Positions 41,480 through 51,292 of a stretch of 64,000 bases of DNA are shown piece after piece. The notes beneath the pieces are model-generated. The model was not told the DNA's origin and searched no databases. It worked only from the letters and a program-made list of their open reading frames with translations. Numbering within the stretch: position 1 is the first letter of the stretch; each line of letters starts with the position of its first letter. The DNA is taken from the NCBI GenBank assembly GCA_963762565.1, contig CAVXLD010000012.1, forward strand, positions 384,001-448,000, read 5' to 3'. The position numbers and the translations under genes were made by a program. This DNA is from an uncultured Verrucomicrobiae bacterium. GTDB lineage: Bacteria > Verrucomicrobiota > Verrucomicrobiia > Chthoniobacterales > JAFAMB01.

Positions 41480-43186
41480 TTAATTCGAAGGCGACCCTCC
41501 CGCCCTGCCGGTGGCCTCTGCTATAACCTGCGCCATGATGTGGCCGAGAGTCTTCAGCCGCTCAGGGATCTGGTGGAGACCAACCTTGCGACCAAGTTCC
41601 AAATATTGATCTTCTCGCGGGTCATACGCTGGCCATTGGGGCAATCCCTCAGAATTGGGGTCACCAGTCTTGGCAAACTGGGTCCAATAAAGACGCATTG
41701 TCCGGCCAAGGTTCTCTTCGGCCCCATCGTGTTCCCAGTCCGCTGGAAAAGAGTTGCTTAGGAATTCGAGTTCCTCACCGTGGTATGCCCCCAGGTTCGC
41801 GCGTTTCCCTTTTTCCGCGTATGTGAACTGATAAAGATAAGCTCTCCGACCCAGCCGCGTAGTCGCCTGGGCCAAAGAAAATGCACCGTAACCGAATAGA
41901 TCGTTCTCCAGCTTCAGGTACTGCTCAGGAACGGCTGCGTCGGATCGCGCTGGATACGCTTCAAATTCCTGGTCTGCGAACCGGCCGGTATCCTGATTGA
42001 GATAGATTCTATATTCAGCAAGCGTTTTCGGCCCGGCGTGACCAAACACCGTTGCTTCGTCAGCATTGCTGCCCATCAACACCGGAATATTGAGTTGTTT
42101 GGCTTCCGCGAAAATCTTCGCAGGCTGCTCCGGAATGACCCAGCCATCCACGATCGCGTCAAAACTAAGGCCGTGATCCTGCTGGCAGGCAGCCAGGATT
42201 TTGTCAGCAGGCACTCTACGCAGTTTTGCTAACGTGTCCGCGCCACCGGCTATTCCTAAATCATTCGCCAATCTTTCTCCAGAAGCCTCGCCTGTACTAG
42301 AGATCGAATTGTACGGAATAGGTGACCGGATGTCTTCGTTGAGCACGCTCTGACCTTCACCGCTCTCCAGAATTGCTCCTTGAAACAGTCCGCGAGCCAG
42401 CGGAGAAGCCATCAACAGACAAATATCGACTGCGCCTGCGGATTGTCCCATCACTGTCACTCGATTCGGATCACCGCCGAAACGCGAGATATTGTCTTGA
42501 ACCCAGCGCAGCGCTTGGAGTTGATCCAATAAACCGTAATTGCCGGAGGAGTGATGCTCCGACTCTGCAGTCAAGGCTGGGTGGGCAAAGAACCCGAATG
42601 GTCCAAGCCGATAATTGGCGGTTACCACCACAACCCCAAAACCCGACAGAGCGGGGCCAAGCGGAGTCAATTGGCTGTATCCGGCTCTGTTCGATCCGCC
42701 ATGAAAAAACACGATAACAGGGAGCTTGGCATCCGGAACGAACCGTGACGTCCAGATATTCAGATAAAGACAGTCTTCGCTCCAGCCAATATAAGGCAAC
42801 CAACCAGCCGGAAGTTGCGGAGCCGCTGGGCCGTACTGTTTCGCCTCACGTATGCCGGTCCATTTTTTCACCGGCTCCGGTGGCTTCCAGCGCAGCTCAC
42901 CTACCGGCGGTGCGGCATACGGCAGACCAAGGAAAGCAACACCACCGTGGTCATCGAAAGACGTTCCTTCCAATACGCCGGCTTCCAGTGTCACACTTGG
43001 CGCAGAAGAGCCCAGGGCAATCGACGCCTGACCAAGAGCGGCAACCGCCAGGGTTAGCAAGGATCGCAAAAAAAACTTAACAGGAGAACACAAAGGCCAC
43101 AAAGACTGACAACTTCCGAAGCGGCCTTGAATTCCACCTTTGTGTCCTTTGTGATCTTCTGTGAGCTCCCTTATTTTCGGTCTCAT
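41480..43186 (-). CDS. Type-B carboxylesterase/lipase family protein (secreted)
   Basis: FLGLPYAAPP, SEDCLYLN, HGG, GQSAG (GxSxG) and HGEEL. The signal peptide is interrupted by a palindromic insert. Confidence 0.92.
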   Translation of the reverse strand: MRPKIRELTEDHKGHKGGIQGRFGSCQSLWPLCSPVKFFLRSLLTLAVAALGQASIALGSSAPSVTLEAGVLEGTSFDDHGGVAFLGLPYAAPPVGELRWKPPEPVKKWTGIREAKQYGPAAPQLPAGWLPYIGWSEDCLYLNIWTSRFVPDAKLPVIVFFHGGSNRAGYSQLTPLGPALSGFGVVVVTANYRLGPFGFFAHPALTAESEHHSSGNYGLLDQLQALRWVQDNISRFGGDPNRVTVMGQSAGAVDICLLMASPLARGLFQGAILESGEGQSVLNEDIRSPIPYNSISSTGEASGERLANDLGIAGGADTLAKLRRVPADKILAACQQDHGLSFDAIVDGWVIPEQPAKIFAEAKQLNIPVLMGSNADEATVFGHAGPKTLAEYRIYLNQDTGRFADQEFEAYPARSDAAVPEQYLKLENDLFGYGAFSLAQATTRLGRRAYLYQFTYAEKGKRANLGAYHGEELEFLSNSFPADWEHDGAEENLGRTMRLYWTQFAKTGDPNSEGLPQWPAYDPREDQYLELGRKVGLHQIPERLKTLGHIMAQVIAEATGRAGGSPSN

Positions 43187-43275
43187 TACTCCTTTGCGTT
43201 CGTTCAGCTTCCCACCAATCACCAATCACCAATCACCAATCACCTTCACCTTTCACCTTTCACCTTTCACCTTCT

Positions 43276-43839
43276 TCACCTCCCGGCCTTCCGTGAGTAC
43301 TCGCCCTTGAAGACGACTGTCCAAGAGCCTCCGTTATCCGCCGATTTCTCCCAAGATTGTTCAACCCTGTCTGGAGCTAGGCGAACAACCCGAATCCGGT
43401 TCAGAACCGCCTCTCCTGCCGGACCGCGACTCGGTCCATAAAACTCGGCCAGTCCTCCGCTTACTTTCCCGGTAAACACATGGACGCGGCCTTGATTGTC
43501 CGCGAACATCCCGTGCCAGGTTTTATCATCCGCACTATAAGCAAAAAGGTTTTCGCCTTTGTGACTTCGTCCGTCATCCCAGTTTTCGACCACCAGATAT
43601 TGGCCGAGAGCAAGAGACACGCGACTGGACGCCTCACTTGAACCGTTGGGATCTGTTATCGCCCAATCACCAAGCCAGAAATCGAATTGCCGGTTTTCCG
43701 GGTCGGTAGCCGCTGGGGTTTCAGCTGCGATGGCGCTGGGTTGAGCTGCGGAAATACATCCCGCGAGCGCCAGCATGAACAGCCCTGGCTGTAACCAACC
43801 GAAATTAAACAAGGAACGTGTGCCGATGAGTAGCCGCAT
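43276..43839 (-). CDS. Hypothetical exported protein (DUF1579-like), possible lipoprotein
   Basis: LAGC lipobox-like motif, QFDFWLGDW and QSWEKSADNGGSW. Confidence 0.65.
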   Translation of the reverse strand: MRLLIGTRSLFNFGWLQPGLFMLALAGCISAAQPSAIAAETPAATDPENRQFDFWLGDWAITDPNGSSEASSRVSLALGQYLVVENWDDGRSHKGENLFAYSADDKTWHGMFADNQGRVHVFTGKVSGGLAEFYGPSRGPAGEAVLNRIRVVRLAPDRVEQSWEKSADNGGSWTVVFKGEYSRKAGR

Positions 43840-43902
43840 ACGAGATCATTCCCGAAAACTTGATGTGGCGCAAGATAGCGCTTACGGCATAATATAACTG
43901 TA

Positions 43903-44689
43903 ATGCGACAACAACTCCTAATTAGAGAGAATGACCCCAAGCCAGGGGAATCTGTCGCGACGCATTCCCGAGAATATCCTCGTGGTTCCCGCATTCCCGA
44001 GCATGCGCATGGCTCAGACCAATTGGTATACGCCAGCAGGGGGGTCATGGAGGTCTCTTCAGGTCAAAGTTTGTGGAAGATCCCACCGCATTTTGGTCTT
44101 TGGATTCCAGCGCGGACTGCGCATCAGATCCAAATGCCTGAAGCCGTTTCGATGCGCACGTTGTATCTTCGACCGGTGCGCACCCGGCTGGCTTCCTCAT
44201 GCAGCCGTGCTCCACGTCGGCGCCTTTCTCCGCGAGCTCATCATTGAGATTGTCCGAGTTGGCCGGCTCCGGGCGCGGAACCGGATCGAGTGCGCCCTCC
44301 GTGATCTCCTAATCGCGGAGTTGGAGCGAGCATCGCCTGTGCCCACCGGCATCATGTTCCCAGGAGACCCGCGCGCGTGCCGCGTTGCCCACCTGGTCAT
44401 TGAAGATCCGCGCTGCCCGGTCTCGCTAAAATCGATGTGTGCCTCTGCCGGGGTCAGTGTCCGCACCCTGGAGAGAACCTTTCGCCGGGAGGTCGGCACC
44501 GATTTTGAATGCTGGCGACGGCAAGTGCGCCTGATGAAAGCAATCGAGATGCTGGTTGCGGGCCGGAGGGTGAAAGAGGTCGCTTTCGCAGTCGGCTACC
44601 AGCATCCCGGCGCTTTCGTTGCCCTTTTTCGGGAGACATTCGGAACCACGCCCAAGGCATGGGTCGCAGCGTTGGAATGGCTGAATTGA
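43903..44689 (+). CDS. AraC-family regulator (cupin plus HTH), frame break at about 44203
   Basis: HAH..QLVYASRG cupin in one frame; SVRTLERTF..WRRQVRL..VGY..AFVALFR in the next. Removing A44203 joins them. Confidence 0.88.
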
Positions 44690-44947
44690 AGGCAGAAGCC
44701 GGGATCGCAAAAAGACTCAATAGAAGGACACGAAGGCCCCCAAAGACGGGCGAGTTCCCAGTACTGGGGAGGGATCGCGTCCTCGCGATCAGTTGTTACC
44801 GGAGCCGACGACGCGTTGTCATCACAGACGAAAATACACCTTGAGTTGTGGCACGTCCTCGCGGCGCGCGGGGATCCGCCGTCGCTAAAGCTATGGCGGA
44901 CAGGCAGCGCGCCCTCCCCGATTTGCACGCCTACCGCGCGATCACGG

Positions 44948-45958
44948 TTAACGAAACGTTTCCCCAACCACTTTCCCAACATCCGCGAACGCTTGGTTGA
45001 TTTTGTCGCTCGAGGCACTGGATTCAACGGTGTAAACCACAATTAGAATCGGCGCCCGGTTCGGAGGCCGCGCAATTGCGACATCTCCGGTCGCTCCGTT
45101 CTTGGGGCCAGTGCCGGTTTTGTCTCCGATCTGCCAAGTCGACGGTAACCCGGCCCGTAAACGCTTGTCACCGGTCGTATTCTTAATCAACCAGCCTTCT
45201 AACTTTTGTTGTGACCCCGCGGATAGCTCCTGGTCCACCAGCAACGATTTCAAATCCTTTAACATCGAGGCCGGAGTCGTCGTGTCACGTTCATCGCCCT
45301 TGATCGCGGTATTTAACGTTGGTTCGTTGCGGTCAAGCCGGGTGATAGGATCGCCGATAGAACGGACAAATTCTGTGAGTCCGTGCGGCCCGCCGATCGT
45401 TTGCAGCAGTAGATTCCCGGCTGTGTTATCACTATACTCAATAGCGGCCGCGCAGAGGGCGTCCAGGGTCATACTGCCTTCCTGAACATGGTTTTCGGTG
45501 ATGGGTGCCCACTCCAGCATATCGGCAGGCCCATAAGAAAGCTTTCGATCAAGACGTTCCTGGTTCTGGTCGACGCGCTTAAGAACTGCTGCGGCAGCCA
45601 GCCATTTAAAAGTGCTGCACATCGGAAAACGGTCCTTGGCGTGGTAGTCAATGCTTCTACCGTTCGCCGTATCCAGAATAGCTACCCCGAGACGGCCTTG
45701 GAGATCTCGCTCGATCTCCGCAATTCGTGTGACTGCGGGTTGCGCGGTCTTTTGGTCATCCGCAGCCGGAGCAGACAGGCCTGAGAATAATTGAACTACT
45801 CCGATAGGTAACACCTTCAGTATCTCCAACCCGCTGCGCGGGTGCTTTTCGGCCTTGGCGCAGTACTCCAACACTCCGCACTCCATCACTCCGCGTGGCC
45901 GGATTCGAGGACGAGGACGACGACGATGACGAGAACGAAACGCCTTGTGAGTGACCAT
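44948..45958 (-). CDS. Class A beta-lactamase
   Basis: STFK (SxxK), SDN, DRNEPTLN (E166 region) and KTG are all intact. Start uncertain (ATG 45958 or GTG 45814). Confidence 0.93.
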   Translation of the reverse strand: MVTHKAFRSRHRRRPRPRIRPRGVMECGVLEYCAKAEKHPRSGLEILKVLPIGVVQLFSGLSAPAADDQKTAQPAVTRIAEIERDLQGRLGVAILDTANGRSIDYHAKDRFPMCSTFKWLAAAAVLKRVDQNQERLDRKLSYGPADMLEWAPITENHVQEGSMTLDALCAAAIEYSDNTAGNLLLQTIGGPHGLTEFVRSIGDPITRLDRNEPTLNTAIKGDERDTTTPASMLKDLKSLLVDQELSAGSQQKLEGWLIKNTTGDKRLRAGLPSTWQIGDKTGTGPKNGATGDVAIARPPNRAPILIVVYTVESSASSDKINQAFADVGKVVGETFR

Positions 45959-46014
45959 GGATCCTTCATTGATCTCGTGAGATGCCGGCAAGCCGTTGGT
46001 AAAACCGAAGATAT

Positions 46015-46176
46015 TTAGAAGTGGAGAGCGATCTGGGACAGACTGAACAGGATGCTGATCACGCTGCTAGTGGCAAAGACTGCCCACACTGCAGACTCTG
46101 CAAGACCAGTATAACGAACTGCTCTTTGCGATTCTTGTTGAAATTCCGTGGTGGAAGAGAAGGGGATCATCTTCAT
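46015..46176 (-). CDS. Hypothetical 53-aa single-TM protein
   Basis: MKMIPFSSTTEFQQESQRAVRYTGLAESAVWAVFATSSVISILFSLSQIALHF*; non-repeat sequence with an AT-rich upstream region. Confidence 0.5.
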   Translation of the reverse strand: MKMIPFSSTTEFQQESQRAVRYTGLAESAVWAVFATSSVISILFSLSQIALHF

Positions 46177-46354
46177 AATAACAGCGTCATACGCACGTCG
46201 CGTGCCACGCTTTAAGCTGTCGCTTAAGTGACTGAAAATGAGTGCCTTACGGATGTACTTAAATTCGTGATCCTCTAAGAAACCATCTCAAAATAGGATT
46301 CAGGTTCTCAATTTGAGACCAAAAATGAAATAGCCGCAAGCAGGGCCTAAAGCC

Positions 46355-46721
46355 TCGCGCAAAGGACGCAAAGGGCGCAAGGGGGAGAGGGTGATTAGTG
46401 ATTAGTGATTAGTGATTGGTGATTGGTGGAAACCCAAATCACCGCAAGGGGAAGACAGGTGAACCGCAGATGTACGCGGATTTATTCTGATAGAGAAGCG
46501 AAGCCTAGTGGAGGTGCGAAGCGGTGAAAGGACTATCGCCTGACAGCTGCGGGATGAGTCTGCGAGTCCTGCGAAGGTAAAAAATGCAGGCCGCCTGTTC
46601 GCCACCCATTTTTGCGCGTTGTGTGCCTTCCGCCGCTACTAGGGTTTTCCACCAATCACCAATCACCAATCACCAATCACGTTCTTCTAACCTCTGCGCC
46701 CTTTGCGTCCTTTGCGCGAGC
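46355..46721. repeat. Nested family I (GCAAAGGAC) and family F (GTGATTG) inverted repeats
   Basis: Outer arms at 46355-46380 and 46692-46721; inner heptamer arms at 46390-46436 and 46642-46680. Confidence 0.85.
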
Positions 46722-46733
46722 CCCTTCCGCCTC

Positions 46734-47567
46734 TCACTCCGCCGCGGTCGTTGGCGCCGAGACCTGTTTCAGACCTTCCGGTGTGAATTCGCTATCGCTA
46801 AACGTGACGTTATGCTTAATCCGGGAGCCATCCAGTTCTGTGACTGAACCTTTCTTGGGATTCTGAACCGTCAGATTGGCCGGTATGGGCCGGCCTTTGT
46901 CATCGTTCGAGACACGAGTGGTGTCGATCCGCACTCTGAGCTCACCCGAAGGCAAATATTTCTCGATGCGCATCAGGACCAGGCGATTCGGATCGATCCA
47001 GGAACGCACTTTGGCGTATTCGGATTCTCCCTTGCTTGGTTTGGATTCGAGAACCGTGCAGTTGACGCCATTAACCAGGTCGGTGCCGGTTATAGTCTGG
47101 TTATCCCAAGATAATGGGTCTTCAATGACATCCAGGTAGGAGAGATCACTGCCGAAAAAAGGTTCGCGCAATTCAGAGGCGGTCAACTTCTGAGATTTAT
47201 CCGGAGGGGTGAAAAGTGTTCCACTTGCCGGGCCGCCTGCCTCTTGATGCAGAAGCACAGATTCGCCCTTTTGCGTCTGCGGCCAGAGCACTTGATAAAC
47301 CAAGTCGGTTGCCGACTTAGTTCGTCTCTCTTTGATTTGAATCTGTAACGTCTCCTCGCTCGCGTTTCCGGACGGTTTCACTTGCAACCGGAGACGCACA
47401 TAAGCATCCCCTTGCTGTTTAGCTGACACAGCCGAAGCCAAATCCTTTGGCGACAATTCAGCGGCCGATGCATCCACAAACGCCGTCAACGCCGTGAGCG
47501 CCGTCATCGCCGTGAGCTGAGTTAGCCAAGACGTCCTCCGACGCTTACAGGCATTGCAATAATTCAT
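46734..47567 (-). CDS. Outer-membrane lipoprotein-sorting (LolA-like) protein
   Basis: Signal peptide, PFFGSDLSYLD, CTVLESKP and YAKVRSWID; follows the ABC permease. Confidence 0.75.
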   Translation of the reverse strand: MNYCNACKRRRTSWLTQLTAMTALTALTAFVDASAAELSPKDLASAVSAKQQGDAYVRLRLQVKPSGNASEETLQIQIKERRTKSATDLVYQVLWPQTQKGESVLLHQEAGGPASGTLFTPPDKSQKLTASELREPFFGSDLSYLDVIEDPLSWDNQTITGTDLVNGVNCTVLESKPSKGESEYAKVRSWIDPNRLVLMRIEKYLPSGELRVRIDTTRVSNDDKGRPIPANLTVQNPKKGSVTELDGSRIKHNVTFSDSEFTPEGLKQVSAPTTAAE

Positions 47568-47647
47568 GTCAAACCTCCTGGATTGATTTTCTCAGTTGGC
47601 GCGACCTCGTCGTCGGCTCTCCTGAACTCCTGAACTCCTCGAACTCC

Positions 47648-48766
47648 TTAAGACCCGTGCAAGGTCTGCCCCGGCGTCACTCTTGAGCTGCGCCAGGCCG
47701 GGTACAGCCCGCTAAGCACACCGACCACGATGGCAATCGCAACGGATACCCCGAGCAGGCGAATCCCGATATCCGGCTCTAGAAGCCCGCGGACACTCGG
47801 TGCGGCTCCTATCATCCGAACGCCTACGACCCCGATCAGGACACCGACTATACCCCCAAGCAGACCCAAAATAGCTGATTCCCACAGGATCAGCTCAACG
47901 ATGCGGCTTCGTTTCCAGCCTAATGCGAGCAACACACAGATCTCCGTTGTCCGTTCGAAGACGTTCATCAACATGGTGTTCATCACGCCCAGAACGCCCA
48001 CGAGTACCGCGAGTAGAGAGGTACTCCAGCTCATCGCTCCTACAATACGAGAGACCTCGCTCTGGCTCAGATTCTCGCTGGCTACGATCGCGCGAGCTTC
48101 CGGTGTCAATTTGTCAATTTGTTCGCAAAGCTGTTGCACGTCCGCCCGGCTGGTGCCGGGAGTGAGCCGGATATCAATCACGTTGATTTTGTCTTGATCA
48201 CCGGTGATCTGCTGGAGCAATGGCAATGAAAGAATCACCGAGCCATTCTCGACCCAAGCGTTACCATCGACGATCCCAACGACTTTCAGTTCCGCGGTCT
48301 CGATTTGGATCGGATCGCCGACCTTCTTTTTAAGCACTTCGGCCGCCGTACGCCCAAGCACGACTGCCTTCTCTTGAGCATCGTCCGGCATTCTGCCAGA
48401 GATGATCTTCAGGTTCTTCCAGGTGAACCCACCCCATTCCCGAGCCGAGACCATTATCATCTCGGTATTTTCAACGCTCATGAGGTCTACCAAGATCGCA
48501 CAAGTGGCATCGACATGGGGGAGATGAGCAATCCGGTCCTGGGCCGCAGCACTGAATTCTTTCGGGACTAGCGAGCTGGTCATATTGCTGACCACGACAT
48601 CCGTCCCCCGCGCTTTCATCCCTGCCGCCCAACTTTTGTTGAGTCCGCGCGAAAGGCCCACTAGCGCGACGACTGCGGCAATTCCGATGGAAATACCTAA
48701 CAAGGTGAGAAGGGTGCGGGTTCGGCGACGGGTCAAACCCCGTATCACCACAGTCATAAAACTCAT
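47648..48766 (-). CDS. ABC transporter permease, FtsX/MacB/LolE type
   Basis: RTLLTLLGISIG, NTMLMNVFERTTEI..LGW and GLYPAWR. Confidence 0.93.
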   Translation of the reverse strand: MSFMTVVIRGLTRRRTRTLLTLLGISIGIAAVVALVGLSRGLNKSWAAGMKARGTDVVVSNMTSSLVPKEFSAAAQDRIAHLPHVDATCAILVDLMSVENTEMIMVSAREWGGFTWKNLKIISGRMPDDAQEKAVVLGRTAAEVLKKKVGDPIQIETAELKVVGIVDGNAWVENGSVILSLPLLQQITGDQDKINVIDIRLTPGTSRADVQQLCEQIDKLTPEARAIVASENLSQSEVSRIVGAMSWSTSLLAVLVGVLGVMNTMLMNVFERTTEICVLLALGWKRSRIVELILWESAILGLLGGIVGVLIGVVGVRMIGAAPSVRGLLEPDIGIRLLGVSVAIAIVVGVLSGLYPAWRSSRVTPGQTLHGS

Positions 48767-49515
48767 TAGTACGCTCCGTTACCTGTTTGCCGGTCCGACA
48801 CGGTCTGTCCGTCAATCATATGAATGATTCGCGACGCTCGATGGGCAATCCGGTCGTCGTGAGTGACGAGCACGAGCGTCATGTGTCGTTCCTGCTGGAT
48901 CTGGTTGAGCAAGTCGAGGATCATGGCCGTGTTGTCACTGTCCAAGTTGCCCGTCGGTTCGTCGGCGAGCAGCACAGAAGGGCTGTTGGCCAGGCTGCGG
49001 GCAATGGCTACTCGTTGTCTTTCTCCTCCCGACAATTTGTTCGGGAAGTGGTTCAGCCGGCCTTCCAGCCCAACCGCCTTCAAAAGCTCACGTGCTCGAT
49101 CCTTGCGTTTCGAGCTCGGCATCCGAGTCTCGAGCATCGGAATTTGCACGTTCTCTAATGCGGTGAAGGTCGGCAGAAGATGGAACGACTGGAAAATAAA
49201 CCCGATTTCCCGAGATCGGTAATCTGACGGATCGGATAAATCGGGGATTGATATTCCCCGGAACAATAAAGTCCCGGCGGTAGGCCGATCTAGTGCACCA
49301 AGCAGTTGAAGCAGAGTGGTTTTACCACAGCCGCTTGGACCCATGATGGCGATAAATTCTCTCTCTGGGATCTCTAGATCCAAACTTCGGAGAGCTTGAA
49401 CCGCGCCGTCATCAAAATCCTTCTTGAGCCCTGCCGCCTCAAATACGTTTGGAATTGGAGCGTCTGACATAGTGTCGACGGCCGCGGTTTCATTAGACCG
49501 AAGCGATGGCTGCAT
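48766..49515 (-). CDS. ABC transporter ATP-binding protein (LolD/MacB type)
   Basis: GPSGCGKT, LSGGERQRVAIAR, ADEPTGNLD and VTHD. TAATG overlap with the permease; start uncertain. Confidence 0.95.
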   Translation of the reverse strand: MQPSLRSNETAAVDTMSDAPIPNVFEAAGLKKDFDDGAVQALRSLDLEIPEREFIAIMGPSGCGKTTLLQLLGALDRPTAGTLLFRGISIPDLSDPSDYRSREIGFIFQSFHLLPTFTALENVQIPMLETRMPSSKRKDRARELLKAVGLEGRLNHFPNKLSGGERQRVAIARSLANSPSVLLADEPTGNLDSDNTAMILDLLNQIQQERHMTLVLVTHDDRIAHRASRIIHMIDGQTVSDRQTGNGAY

Positions 49516-49929
49516 AAATAATTCCTGGCATCGGTGTTTTGGCCGACTTATTTCTTCCGTTATCTCAATTCGACGATCCGCTGACCTGATATTCTTCAAT
49601 CAAAAACGTAACCCCCATTGAGAGTTCGTTTTGCAGGCTTGGGCAGGTTGTAGCCTCTTGCCCCAGCCGTTGGAATCGGGCGACGAGAATAGCACGGGAT
49701 GCGTCAAGCGCGAAAAGAATTTCTTAAGCGGTCATTTGTGTCGGCCGATTGGTTGCTTTGCCCCTGATGGGGGAGGGCGTGCGTCCCCGCGCGCCGCGAA
49801 CGGTCTGCATTGTGGACTTGGCCCAAGACAATTCATCGGGTCTACGCGGCCTTCGGTAACAATCCGGCGACTGCCGGACGACGACGCGATCTCTCCCCGG
49901 CGATGGGCGGGTTGTTCGTCCCAGCGCTC

Positions 49930-50190
49930 GGAGGGGAGCCGCTTTGGCGCGCATTGGGTGACCTCGCGATATTTGGTTCAGCGCTCCCTTTGCCAAAGAA
50001 TATCGCAACAGGCGGCTCCGCGAATAGCCCAGCTGCTCGCAGCTCGAGGGGCCGCGCTTAAACGAATCGAAAGTCACAGGTAAATGCATCACACTGGATT
50101 ATTTCCGGGAGCCGCTTGTTTTCACACGTTTTGCCCGGATTGGCTTTGCGGCGAAATGTGCTGGGCGGCTAGATGTGCGCCAAAGCGGCC
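49930..50190. repeat. Family B element, right end decayed
   Basis: Arms 1-3 recognisable; arm 4 reads CCAAAGCGGCC. Confidence 0.8.
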
Positions 50191-50338
50191 TGCCCGACGT
50201 AGCCTCCCGAGTCTAGACGAAGGGGCGAAGTCCGCCTCTCCGCCGGGCGCTGGGTGATTACACGTCGCATCACCCGCCACGCTTTTCGAGGACGAGGACG
50301 AGGACGCGAACGCGGGCGATTGCCGGCGGCGAATCCCC

Positions 50339-51292
50339 TCACCGGGTCGGGGTAAGCCACTGAGAACCGACCCGGGGATCCGCTAGATTACGGAAAAGAT
50401 GCTTAAACGCGTGCCAATAGCTGGGAAACGGGGCCATCTCATCCGGATTCTTCGGTTCAAGTGCCGAAGCGAATAACGGGAGCTCGGCATGCGGAATGCC
50501 CGAGCGCCAATGATGGACGCCATGAAACGGTTCGTGTAGCAGAGTTAAAGCAACAAATTTTCCGAGTGGCCCTTTTGCGATGATACTTCGGGTTGAGCCA
50601 TTCACTGTCGACCCAGTCAGGCCGACATGTTCGATGTATTTACGCCAGCTCTGCATGTTCCCGGCCAAGACTGCCGGCGCCAGATACAACCACAAAAAAT
50701 AAACCCAAGTTTTCGTGATCGCGACAACTCCGAGAATGCAAACCCAGGCGACCCCCATCAAAAGGAATTCCTCCCAAATTTTCCGCCGAACCTTCGTGTT
50801 GCGGATAGGGGAGCCCTTTCGAAAAAAGGTGCGGACGAACAAAAATGGGGTGTAAAAGGTGCCGATGGTGAGCTCGAGAAACGCGCAGAGAATTCGGAGC
50901 CATCGGGGCGTGCCAGGGATATCGAACGGCCAGAGTTCTTCGTCTTTTTGAGTCGCCAGGTGGGCGTGATGCAGTTGGTGCGCGGCCCGGTAAAGGTTGA
51001 AGCTGGTGAAGCTCATCACGCCGATGATGACGCCGTCGATTTCGTTCAAGCGCCGGTTTTTGCGGAGCAACCCATGAGTTGCTTCGTGAAAACCGATCAA
51101 CATCCCGTGCATGAGATGGCTCACAATCAGCATCAACAGTACGCTCACCCAAATCCATCCCAGATACACCGAGAGGGTCAGCGCTGCTTCGGTCACAAAA
51201 TAAATCGCCGCTAGCAGTGGGAAAGCAGCCCGGCTTACCCAGGTTGGCTGCTCCTGTGGGGTCACGGCTTCGGTCGAAGGGGTCGTGCTCAT
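50339..51292 (-). CDS. Membrane fatty acid desaturase family protein
   Basis: Three His boxes HEATH, HQLHH and HGVHH. ATGA overlap with the C-domain gene. Confidence 0.9.
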   Translation of the reverse strand: MSTTPSTEAVTPQEQPTWVSRAAFPLLAAIYFVTEAALTLSVYLGWIWVSVLLMLIVSHLMHGMLIGFHEATHGLLRKNRRLNEIDGVIIGVMSFTSFNLYRAAHQLHHAHLATQKDEELWPFDIPGTPRWLRILCAFLELTIGTFYTPFLFVRTFFRKGSPIRNTKVRRKIWEEFLLMGVAWVCILGVVAITKTWVYFLWLYLAPAVLAGNMQSWRKYIEHVGLTGSTVNGSTRSIIAKGPLGKFVALTLLHEPFHGVHHWRSGIPHAELPLFASALEPKNPDEMAPFPSYWHAFKHLFRNLADPRVGSQWLTPTR

